From Nitrospirota bacterium (GTDB lineage: Bacteria; Nitrospirota; UBA9217): a stretch of 64,000 bases of DNA. The position numbers were made by a program, and so were the translations under genes. Every line of letters begins with the position of its first letter. Within the stretch, counting starts at the first letter, position 1. Below, piece by piece: positions 40,438 through 49,405 of the stretch. The stretch lies in the NCBI GenBank assembly GCA_963737155.1, contig CAVTRN010000002.1, positions 192,001-256,000 of the forward strand, given 5' to 3'. Below the pieces are notes generated by a model, which saw nothing but the letters and a program-made list of their open reading frames with translations, was not told the DNA's origin and searched no databases.

Positions 40438-41550
40438 ATGAAAGATTCTATCACAATCGTAGGACTCGATTCAGCAAAAAACTCCATAGCTGTAGCAACG
40501 GCCGAAATTGGCGGCAGCCAAGAGGTTCGCTACTACGGCAAAATCGGCGGCGACATGGCGTCATTGGACAAAATGGTCAGAAAGCTTGAAAGCAAAGGCT
40601 CAGAACTGCACTTCGTCTATGAAGCCGGGCCGTGTGGTTACGAAATATACCGCCATCTAACCAAGAGAGGTTACAAATGCACGGTTGTGGCACCATCGCT
40701 GATTCCCAAGAAAAGCGGCGATCGCGTCAAGACCGATCGTCGTGACGCGCAAAGTCTAGCCAGGCTGTATCGGGCCGGAGAACTGACTCCTGTTTACGTG
40801 CCCCAAGAGGATGATGAAGCCATGAGAGACCTGACCCGATGCCGCGAAGACGCAGTCAAGGCCCATCGCACTGCCCGGCAGAGGTTAGGCGCGATGCTCC
40901 TGCGGCATGGACACCGTTACTCTGGAGAAACCGCATGGACCCAAGCCCACATGCGCTGGTTGTCTGATATCAAGATGCCACACCCTGCACAGCAGATCAC
41001 GCTGCAAGAGTACATCAACACGGTGAAGGAATGCGCAGAGCGTGTGGCCCGGCTTACGGAGCAGATTCAAACGCTTATGCCCACATGCCGAACGGCCCCT
41101 GTTGCACTCGCAATCCAATCGTTACGCGGCATCGCGGATGTAACTGCCGCGACCACCATGGCCGAGATCGGAGACTTGGGACGTTTTGAAAATCCCAAGC
41201 AGCTCATGGGATACCTTGGATTGGTCCCTTCCGAATACTCCAGCGGCGACAGCACCAGACGGGGTGCTATCACCAAAACCGGAAACACCCACGTCAGGCG
41301 CGCATTGATTGAAGCGGCCCAAGCCTACAGTCTGCCGGCCCGAGTGAGCCGGGTAATCCTCAAGCGGCAGGAGGGGCTGCCGAAAAATATCTGTGATATC
41401 TCCTGGAAAGCCCAGGTGCGTCTCTGCGGACGGTTCCGTAAACTCACGGCCAAAGGGAAGCCCAGGAACAAGGTGGTAACCGCCATTGCCAGGGAACTAT
41501 GCGGCTTCATATGGGCAATTGCCCGGGAAGTGAATCTCCAGAGCGCATAA
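40438..41550 (+). CDS. IS110 DEDD transposase / bridge recombinase
   Basis: AAGGAGG RBS; VGLD, YEAGP, KTDRRDA, GLVPSEYSSG, AIAREL. Confidence 0.95.
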   Translation: MKDSITIVGLDSAKNSIAVATAEIGGSQEVRYYGKIGGDMASLDKMVRKLESKGSELHFVYEAGPCGYEIYRHLTKRGYKCTVVAPSLIPKKSGDRVKTDRRDAQSLARLYRAGELTPVYVPQEDDEAMRDLTRCREDAVKAHRTARQRLGAMLLRHGHRYSGETAWTQAHMRWLSDIKMPHPAQQITLQEYINTVKECAERVARLTEQIQTLMPTCRTAPVALAIQSLRGIADVTAATTMAEIGDLGRFENPKQLMGYLGLVPSEYSSGDSTRRGAITKTGNTHVRRALIEAAQAYSLPARVSRVILKRQEGLPKNICDISWKAQVRLCGRFRKLTAKGKPRNKVVTAIARELCGFIWAIAREVNLQSA

Positions 41551-41811
41551 GAAGATTAACCCAAGAACAAGGCGTCACACAAAACTTGGGGGGGTATCTT
41601 GGCATGGACTGTCTCTGGAAAATCAATCCTGGGGCATTTATGAAAGAAAAAATCAACCCTCAAAGGTAAAAACCGCTCAAATCGTCAACATAGGCGGGAG
41701 CATCGAGCTTTCCAAAGAACAGGATCAAAAACTTGAAGTCACCCGGTAACAATGGCGACTCAAACGACTGAGGCAAAACAAAGGAGGACGCAAGCAAACA
41801 ATAAACAACCT

Positions 41812-42001
41812 CCAAGGCATAAGCGGGGACGCGGCCACGTTTACGGAGAATCCTCGTCCAAACTATGGAATAAGGCAATGCCGAACTTCCGTTAATAGAG
41901 CGAGGCAGCTCCGCGGCGAAGAAAGGTCTTGCGGTCAAACCCGCGAATATCAGAGTGATCAAACGTCGCACAAGTCGGCCCCGTCCCTCCTTACGCCTTG
42001 G
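41812..42001 (+). ncRNA. bridge RNA / seekRNA of the IS110 element
   Basis: Nested stems enclose two internal loops carrying target guides CCAAACT and ATAG and donor guides GTCT and ATATCAG. Confidence 0.85.
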
Positions 42002-42079
42002 AACATATTGAAACAATGAACCCTTTGAAAAAAAGGGGCAGGAGACTATTTTCCCTATTGACAACTGTCAACCATATCA

Positions 42080-42817
42080 GTTTGGGACCCGTATCCTGAG
42101 CGACCCGTCGATGCCAAGCGTGCAGGTCTGGTTGCCGGCCGTTTCATCCTTCGATCCCAGACAAAACGACGAAGAGCTTCGGGCAGCCTTCCAATCAGAC
42201 AGCCAGTTATCATGGGATTTATAGCCATTTTCAGAAAGGTTGAACTGCTTGTCGAAAAGTTTCTTTGTCCCAAAGCAAATCCTGATTCGGCCTTTGTCCA
42301 AATCGTATTTCAGCTTTTCCAGTTTCTGCACCGATGAATGGAGCTTCCGTTTTTTGTTATGGACCGCAAAACGGAGAGACTTCACGCTGGTCGTTTTCTC
42401 ATATTCGGACAATTCCGTGTCTTTGCGTATGTCAATGATACTGTTCTCTCTGGTTTTAATCCATTTTCTCGCAGATTTTATTTTGCGCTCGAGCTTTTCA
42501 ATCCGTAGTTTTAATACCTCAACCGCGGAGCTGATATTGCCGTCAAGATCGTAGCGGATAGCGTTAAACTGCCGGGCGGTGATACCATACCTGACAAGAT
42601 ACTCATTTTTGAATGAAATGGGTTTGTTGCCGGAACGAACGCTGTCTTTAAAGAGAGAGCGTTTGATGTGCCCGTATGAGTCGCCGATATCGTCAAGAAC
42701 ATGATAAAGAGACTTCTTTGTGTCCAGGTAAGACATGTCAACCAGCAAAGTTTGAGCGGTAAAAGAAAGTGCTTCACTTTTGCCGCTCTTGGCCTTGTTA
42801 TCCTTATTACTTGCCAT
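42080..42817 (-). pseudogene. tnpB: tnpB 5' part
   Basis: YGITARQFNAI...RICFGTKKLF...LGSKDETAGNQTC; the stop at 42077 is created by the IS110 end. Confidence 0.85.
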
Positions 42818-43373
42818 TTTCCATGGCCTCCAGAGCTTTTTTTGCTTTATTGGCCGCTGACCGGCGTCCGTAGAGCCTTGCGCAAAACGATGTCAATACT
42901 TCAATCATGTCCTGCACCAGATCGTCCTTACGTTCGGTCTGGTCTACAATAATAAGTTGACGACCTTGAGCTCGAAGTGCCGATTCTACATACTCAGATC
43001 CAAACCGCATAAGCCGGTCACGATGCAAGGCGACAATAATACTGACGTTGGAGTCGGCAAGCAGCTTCATGAGTTTTGGCCTGTGCCCATTAAGACCAGA
43101 TCCAACCTCAGACACCGCTTTTGAAACTGACAACCCTTTGGAAGCGGCATATACGGAAAGCCGCCCGAGCTGCCCGTCCAGGTCTTTCTTTTGGTCATGA
43201 CTGGATACCCGGGCATAAATAGCAACAGAACCTTGGGCAGTTTTCTGCTCTTTTATAATGATGGTTCCGGTAGGCATCTGCTCAGCCTCAACCGGCAGCT
43301 TGCCAGCCTTCCACCATTTCCATGCCGCTTGATAGGTTATACCTTGTTGCTTTGCCCATACGCTTAGCTTCAT
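42807..43373 (-). CDS. tnpA: IS607 serine recombinase transposase
   Basis: N-terminal HTH MKLSVWAKQQG, IYARVSS, DRLMRFG, SFCARLYGRR. Confidence 0.95.
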   Translation of the reverse strand: MKLSVWAKQQGITYQAAWKWWKAGKLPVEAEQMPTGTIIIKEQKTAQGSVAIYARVSSHDQKKDLDGQLGRLSVYAASKGLSVSKAVSEVGSGLNGHRPKLMKLLADSNVSIIVALHRDRLMRFGSEYVESALRAQGRQLIIVDQTERKDDLVQDMIEVLTSFCARLYGRRSAANKAKKALEAMENGK

Positions 43374-43476
43374 AAATACATTATATCATATAAAATTATA
43401 TTATACAATATAAATATTAACAGTATTCCACCCCGGCAAATACTCATGCTGCCGAGGTTGCTCAACATAATCAAGA

Positions 43477-43504
43477 ACTTTACATAACGCTTTTTATGTT
43501 AAGT
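43477..43504 (+). other. dif/Xer-like 11-6-11 site overlapping a RIT-like end
   Basis: ACTTTACATAA-CGCTTT-TTATGTTAAGT. Confidence 0.5.
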
Positions 43505-43505
43505 T

Positions 43506-44624
43506 TATTAACCGTCTCATAATAGTATTGACATAATCTTGCATCTGTGGTATAGTATTTCTCATGAAGAAAAAAGCAGATGCGAGAAATCTTGACCATA
43601 AAACTCTGACTGAGCTGAGAAAGCGTGCGGTAAATAGTGTCCAGGAAGGACAAAGCCCCGAACTGGTGGCCAAAGCCCTGGGTATAAATCGCGTCACCAT
43701 CTATGGCTGGTTGGCACGATATCGAAACGGGGGCTGGGGTGCTCTTGATGCCAACAAACGAGGCGGCCGCCCGCCAAAAATGGATGCTAAGGCTATAGAG
43801 TGGGTTTATCGTACCGTGACCACGAAAAATCCGCTTCAGTTGAAGTTTACCTATGCCCTGTGGACAGCGAAGATCATTGGGCAGGTAATATATAAGCGAT
43901 TTGGTATGAGATTGAGCAAGGCATCCGTTTGTCGTTTGCTGGGACAGTTGGGATTGACTCCACAGCGTCCTGTTTGGCGTGCCTATCAGCAAAAGCCGGC
44001 AGCGGTTCAGGAATGGCTGGAGAAGGAGTATCCTCGGATACGAAGCATGGCGCGTCGCATGAAGGCTCAAATCTTCTTCGGAGATGAAGCTGGCGTTCGC
44101 TCTGATCATCATGCGGGCACCACTTGGGCCATGAAGGGTGAGACCCCGATTGTGAGCAGCACAGGAGCGCGCTTCGGATTGAATATGATTTCGGCTGTTA
44201 GTGCACAAGGCGAATTTAGGTTCATGGTAGCCAAAGGTCGCGTAGCGTCGCAGCAATTTATTGAATTCATAAAGCGGCTTATTCAAGGCAGCAAACGGAT
44301 GATATTTCTCATCGTTGATGGTCATCCGTCACACAAGTCTCGCAAGGTTTCTAACTATATTGAAACCATTAAGGAAAAGTTTCGTTTGTTCTTTTTACCG
44401 CCGTATTCTCCAGAGCTGAATCCCGATGAGAGAGTCTGGAATGACCTGAAGAACAATGCAGTTGGTCGTCAGGCAATTAGTTCACCGGAACAATTACATG
44501 GTGCAGTAGTCAGTCATTTGAGGTTTATCCAAAAGTCTCCTGATCGTGTGCGTGCTTACTTTAATAACGAGACAACAAAGTATGCGGCATAATTAATGTT
44601 AATACTATTATGAGACGATTAATA
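43506..44624 (+). mobile_element. complete IS630-family element
   Basis: 29-bp IR with 2 mismatches (TATTAACCGTCTCATAATAGTATTGACAT), including TA at both ends. Confidence 0.93.
43564..44592 (+). CDS. IS630 transposase
   Basis: HTH domains; FGDEAG, IVDG, LPPYSPELNPDE. Confidence 0.95.
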   Translation: MKKKADARNLDHKTLTELRKRAVNSVQEGQSPELVAKALGINRVTIYGWLARYRNGGWGALDANKRGGRPPKMDAKAIEWVYRTVTTKNPLQLKFTYALWTAKIIGQVIYKRFGMRLSKASVCRLLGQLGLTPQRPVWRAYQQKPAAVQEWLEKEYPRIRSMARRMKAQIFFGDEAGVRSDHHAGTTWAMKGETPIVSSTGARFGLNMISAVSAQGEFRFMVAKGRVASQQFIEFIKRLIQGSKRMIFLIVDGHPSHKSRKVSNYIETIKEKFRLFFLPPYSPELNPDERVWNDLKNNAVGRQAISSPEQLHGAVVSHLRFIQKSPDRVRAYFNNETTKYAA

Positions 44625-44763
44625 ACATATAAATTACATATGAATGCCGTCGAGTAGGGCACGTTTCACAATCGGCACTCTTTACTTCGGCTATGATTCG
44701 GCACGCCGTTCTGCATCTACAAAGCTTTTTAATACTTATAATTTTATTCACCGTCAACAACCC

Positions 44764-46266
44764 CTAATTTTTTAGAATATCTTCCGCGCAGAACCAGCCG
44801 CTTAACATCGCCCCCGTAAATCCTCCGCCCGGCATGGTCCAGGCCGAGGCGTAATATAACTTTTCGATTGGTGATTTCTGGCGAATCCTTCTTATGCCGG
44901 CCTGGCCGGGAACCTGCGCGAAACCGTATGGCGTACCTTTCGAATTTAAAGTATAGCGTTCAATTGTCCTTGGTGTTCCGACTTCATAGTATTCAATCTG
45001 GCCTTTGATTCCCGGAATCAACTTATCAAGCTTTTCAGTATAAATATTTGCAACTGCGTCTTTTTTCGCTTTATATTCAGCTTCGCTCAATTTATTCCAA
45101 TCGTCGATATAGTCAACCGTGCAAATAGCGCCTACACCCTTGCCTGGCGCTGCCAGCTGTGAATCGATTTGGCTGTAATCGACAAAGACAAAGCCTCTTT
45201 CTTTATAATCAACATGGTAATTTAGATCGTGCAAATCACGCACTCCTGGATTAAATACGAAAGTCGAATAATGCTTGTTTCCCAGTTCTTTGATGGGTTT
45301 TCTAAAAAAGAAGTAAACACTTAGAAGCGAACATGCAATTTCCATTTTATTTATTTTTGCTTTTGCGTTGGCGTTCGATTCTTTCGGCAAAAGATCATTA
45401 AAAACATTAGGGATGGCGGCGTTGGCAATGATATATTTGCCAAAAACATTTATTGGCGTATCCACACTTGATTTTTTGTGATATTCGATGCCGATTGCTG
45501 TATCATTTTCCGTTAAAATTTTAGCCACTTTGTGACTCAACATAATCTTACCGCCATGATCGGCTATATATTTAGCCAGATAATCGGATAGTTTTTGCGA
45601 ACCGCCTTTGATGTAATATCCGCCGGAATAAAAACTGGCTTGGGGGATGGCAAAATAGGAATATGCCAGCGTTTCCGGATTGTCGTGGTAATATCCGACA
45701 TTGGCCGCCAATGCCAGCTTCAACTCATTATTTTTTATGAACCTATCCATAACCTGGGTGACCGTCTTATTCATGGTAAAAATTATGCGCGGGTATAATA
45801 ACGGAAAAAGAGGTAACTGAAGAAGCAGCTTCAGGCCTGGACGCGGCATTCGATTCAATTCGTTGCGAAAACCCATGATTGAGCTAAAAAACTTCTTAAT
45901 GCCTTTTTCTTCTTCAGGAAAATATTCAATCAATATTCGCTCCGCTTCTTTACGGTTATCGGGAATTACAATATCTATCCGGCCATTAGTAAAACGATAA
46001 AATTCAGGCAGTTTGAGAAATTCGATATTTTCAATAATTTTCAAATCCACTAAAACATCTCTTAGCATACCGTCTGCCTCTATGCCGCCGATTTCATGCA
46101 AGCCAACATCCATATTGGAATCGACACGCCTAAAATTGGTCGCGCAACCTCCTGGGATATGGTGCTGTTCTATTAATATAACTTTCTTCCCTTCTTTGGC
46201 TAATTTTGCCCCGGCAACCAGCCCGCCAAGACCGGCTCCAATAATTATTATGTCGTAATTATCCAT
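44764..46266 (-). CDS. phytoene desaturase-family NAD(P)/FAD oxidoreductase
   Basis: IIIGAGLGGL, EQH..PGGC, KGGSQ, TPRTIERYT, PGGGFTG. Confidence 0.9.
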   Translation of the reverse strand: MDNYDIIIIGAGLGGLVAGAKLAKEGKKVILIEQHHIPGGCATNFRRVDSNMDVGLHEIGGIEADGMLRDVLVDLKIIENIEFLKLPEFYRFTNGRIDIVIPDNRKEAERILIEYFPEEEKGIKKFFSSIMGFRNELNRMPRPGLKLLLQLPLFPLLYPRIIFTMNKTVTQVMDRFIKNNELKLALAANVGYYHDNPETLAYSYFAIPQASFYSGGYYIKGGSQKLSDYLAKYIADHGGKIMLSHKVAKILTENDTAIGIEYHKKSSVDTPINVFGKYIIANAAIPNVFNDLLPKESNANAKAKINKMEIACSLLSVYFFFRKPIKELGNKHYSTFVFNPGVRDLHDLNYHVDYKERGFVFVDYSQIDSQLAAPGKGVGAICTVDYIDDWNKLSEAEYKAKKDAVANIYTEKLDKLIPGIKGQIEYYEVGTPRTIERYTLNSKGTPYGFAQVPGQAGIRRIRQKSPIEKLYYASAWTMPGGGFTGAMLSGWFCAEDILKN

Positions 46267-46682
46267 AGTTATCTTTTTAAGAAAATAAATTAAAGATCTT
46301 ATTATTCTTGTTAAATGCGCGGTTTTTAATTCAAGTTACCCAAGACCAGATTTCTGTTTTCTGTTGTACCTAAGCAATCCATCTTATTGTTAGAATATCA
46401 GGTTTATTGAATGTCAATATATCTATTGGTTCCTTTGAGCAATAGCTAGAGTATAGCAGAATGTTCTTTTTTCTGACTGATAATGATGTGTTATAAGTAG
46501 CACATGATTACGCATTTTACAAGTGTGAATAACAGGCAAATCGCCTTCAAAAAAACCTTATAAAATATATTTGACTATTAAAATCGGATAGAGTGTCCAA
46601 GACAGGGTTGCCAATCTTTACCTTGTATTAGCCACGCAGCCGGCGAATACAGGGAACGAAAGGAATCGTTTTGTCGATTACT

Positions 46683-47894
46683 TTATTGCAGTGTGAAGTA
46701 GAAGGTTGCGCCTTTATCCATCTCACTCTCGGCACAAATAAGGCCGCCATGGCGTTGGATTATACGTTGTGCCGTGGCAAGGCCTATGCCAAGACCAGGA
46801 AATTCAGAATCTCTGTGGAATCTTTGAAACGGAGTGAACAGTCTTGTCCCCGCAATCTCCGTGTCGAAGCCGACGCCTTCGTCTTTAACGAAATAGACGG
46901 GCTTATCATCTATCTGCTTGACGCCGAATTCTATTCTTGCGATTGCTTGTTTATCAGTAAATTTAAAAGCGTTGTCGATGAGGTTTTGCATCACAATCCG
47001 AAGCAACTCCGGATCTCCTTCGACGGTCACATTGTCGGCGATTACAAACTCCACGCGCCGATCCGGCTGGCTTTTTATAAGCTCAGCTGCCACAGTTTTA
47101 ACGACTCCCGTCAGATACACTTTCGAGCGGTTCATAACTCCCTGAGAGAAGCGAGACAGGTTAAGCAAAGCAGTAACAAGCTCTTGCATTCTTGCGGAAC
47201 CCTTCTTTACACGACGGACATGCTCCCTGCAATTTTCATTCAAAATATCCGAGCAATCCTCTTCCAACATGCGGATGAAGCCCTCGATGTGCCGCAGTGG
47301 CGTCCTTAGGTCATGAGATACGGTGTAGGCGAATTGCTCGAGTTCCTTATTGGTCCGTTCCAGTTGGCTCTTTGCCTCGAGTAGGTTTCTCTCAGCTTCT
47401 TTGCGCTCAGTGACATCGCGGACGACGGCAAGTATGACCATGTCTTGTTCAGCATGGTCAGGTTGGAGCACCCCGAGAGCTATATCGACCGGGAACTCGC
47501 TTCCATTCTTCTTTCTGCCGTAGAGATCCAGGCCCGTACCCATGGGGCGGACACGTGGTTCAGACATGTAGGTCCGGCGATGTTCCTTATGTTTATCCCT
47601 AAAGCGTTCCGGCAAGAGAACATCGGGATCTGCATTTAATAATTCTTCGCGAGTATAGCCAAACAGCATTTCCGTTCGCTTATTGACTTGAACAATGCGA
47701 CCTTCACGGTTAACAACAACGATCGCATCAGGAGCAAATTCGAAAAGGCCTTCGTACATCGCCTTCGTTTTATTCAGTTCTTCCAAGTACCTTTTTTTAT
47801 CTTCTTCGATTTTCGATAGCTCATCAATTCGTTGGCGTAACTTTATAAGATCATTTATGAGCTGCTCTTTTGTAATATCTCCCTTTATTTCCAT
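46683..47894 (-). CDS. cytoplasmic PAS sensor histidine kinase (orphan)
   Basis: FEFAPDAI PAS, SHDLRTP, NLIDNA, DEGVG, GLGIGL. Confidence 0.95.
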   Translation of the reverse strand: MEIKGDITKEQLINDLIKLRQRIDELSKIEEDKKRYLEELNKTKAMYEGLFEFAPDAIVVVNREGRIVQVNKRTEMLFGYTREELLNADPDVLLPERFRDKHKEHRRTYMSEPRVRPMGTGLDLYGRKKNGSEFPVDIALGVLQPDHAEQDMVILAVVRDVTERKEAERNLLEAKSQLERTNKELEQFAYTVSHDLRTPLRHIEGFIRMLEEDCSDILNENCREHVRRVKKGSARMQELVTALLNLSRFSQGVMNRSKVYLTGVVKTVAAELIKSQPDRRVEFVIADNVTVEGDPELLRIVMQNLIDNAFKFTDKQAIARIEFGVKQIDDKPVYFVKDEGVGFDTEIAGTRLFTPFQRFHRDSEFPGLGIGLATAQRIIQRHGGLICAESEMDKGATFYFTLQ

Positions 47895-48273
47895 AGCTTA
47901 GCACCTTCTCTAAAAAGCTCCTTAAATCACCCTGCAAAGGCTACGCTGCTTGTTCAGTCGCGATTCTTTCCATTATTCATCTATACAATACAAAATCACT
48001 CCTGATTAAGCCTAACACATATATCACAAAAATTCTACACAAATCGGATATTCTTTGTCGGTGGCAGAGAGTTAAAATAAAACGCTTTATCCGTCGCGAG
48101 ATTAGTGATGTGAGCATTTTATGGTTGAGAGGAATTGCAACTCCAATGTGTCAGAAAAAAAACTATTGACTGAAACTATATCATATTAATGCAGGATGTA
48201 AACAGTAACAACCGGGTGCTTTACTTTTGGAGAGGTAAAGAATATAGTCGAGCTTCACACAGCAAGGGGTGAT

Positions 48274-48846
48274 ATGAAACAGATTATATTGATAGTCAGT
48301 TTGCTTTTCGTGATGGTGGGAAGTGCGGTTGCCGGAACTGATTGGAAATTATATGCTCACACATCAGATGGTTATTATCACTTCTTTAATTTAAAAAGCA
48401 CCAAACGTGCGGGTAACATTATGCGTATTTGGATAGAGAAAATAAAATCCTCTGAGATATACGACATTTCTATAAAACATAAAAAGAAAATCCTTGATAA
48501 TATCTTTAGTGAATGGGCTCATCATGGCGTCGATCCAAATAATCTTCTCAATAATGAATGGTTAAAATCAACATTACCTCCAATTAATATAATAAAAGGA
48601 GAAGCAAGTAATGATAGCATATTAGATACGATAGTGGCGGAATATGTAATTAATAATTATGAACCTAAAATAAAATCAAAGTCTTATTACGAGTTTGACT
48701 GCTCCATAAAGTACGTGCGTATGCTTTCGAGAATACTGTTTGACAACACCGGAAAAATAGTAAAGATCATTAACATGCCTACAGATTGGTTTTATTTTCC
48801 TCCTGATTCAATAGGTGACAATTTTCAAACGTATTTATGCAAATAA
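48274..48846 (+). CDS. secreted protein, surface-adhesin E-like with a central insertion
   Basis: Signal peptide, DWKLY, RIWI, EFDC, W..FPPDSIG..YLCK. Confidence 0.65.
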   Translation: MKQIILIVSLLFVMVGSAVAGTDWKLYAHTSDGYYHFFNLKSTKRAGNIMRIWIEKIKSSEIYDISIKHKKKILDNIFSEWAHHGVDPNNLLNNEWLKSTLPPINIIKGEASNDSILDTIVAEYVINNYEPKIKSKSYYEFDCSIKYVRMLSRILFDNTGKIVKIINMPTDWFYFPPDSIGDNFQTYLCK

Positions 48847-49405
48847 AATGGTTAAGTAGAAAAAGCGGGATTTTGATATAGAACGGGCGTAGTCTTCAGG
48901 GGATAGGTGATTTCTCGGAAGGTGGCAGTATGGAAACAAACATTTTGGAAGTTAACAACGATAGCCTTGAACTCACTCTTATGGACGGTTCACATTGGAG
49001 TGTTGGTCCGAGTGATGTATCAAAAACCTCGTGCTGGTATCCAACACAGCGTATAAGGATAGAGGGCACATTTTAATTAACCGTGATACATCTGGGCCTG
49101 ATAAGGTCAGGGCAACAAGACTTTAACTGTATCGCGCGCGGGTAGGGTAGTTCCCGAAAGCCTGAAATCCACTTGCCTTTACAATTGTTGCGACTATCAA
49201 GAAGTCCGGTGTGTCAAAAGTTACGGCTGGGATAATTATATTTGCAGAATTTATAGAACATCATGCTTACATCCCGCACGCACAATCCTACCAAGAGGGG
49301 AGATGCTAAAGGGCTCCCATAGTTGAAAAACGATAGAGAACCCGGAAAATTCAGCGTGAGACGATGAGTCAGACTCCACAAGGTTCCGCTCAATCTTTTA
49401 GTTTT

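Larger units (their letters stand above)
40331..42078 (+). mobile_element. IS110 family, IS1111-type element, apparently complete
   Basis: Perfect 14-bp subterminal IR ATGGTTGACAGTTG (40338-40351) / CAACTGTCAACCAT (42062-42075), 7 and 3 nt from the ends; AG core at both junctions; long downstream non-coding region. Confidence 0.92.
39355..43429 (-). mobile_element. IS607-family element (tnpA + tnpB) interrupted by an IS110
   Basis: Serine-recombinase tnpA overlapping tnpB; GG (minus) dinucleotide at both inferred ends; AACAGT motif near both ends; AT-rich repeats at the left end. Confidence 0.8.

Noticed and set aside
42077-42079. TGA in tnpB as possible selenocysteine
   Set aside because: It is created by the IS110 junction; the original codon is TAT.
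43480-44325. 281-aa minus-strand ORF
   Set aside because: Antisense shadow of the IS630 transposase.
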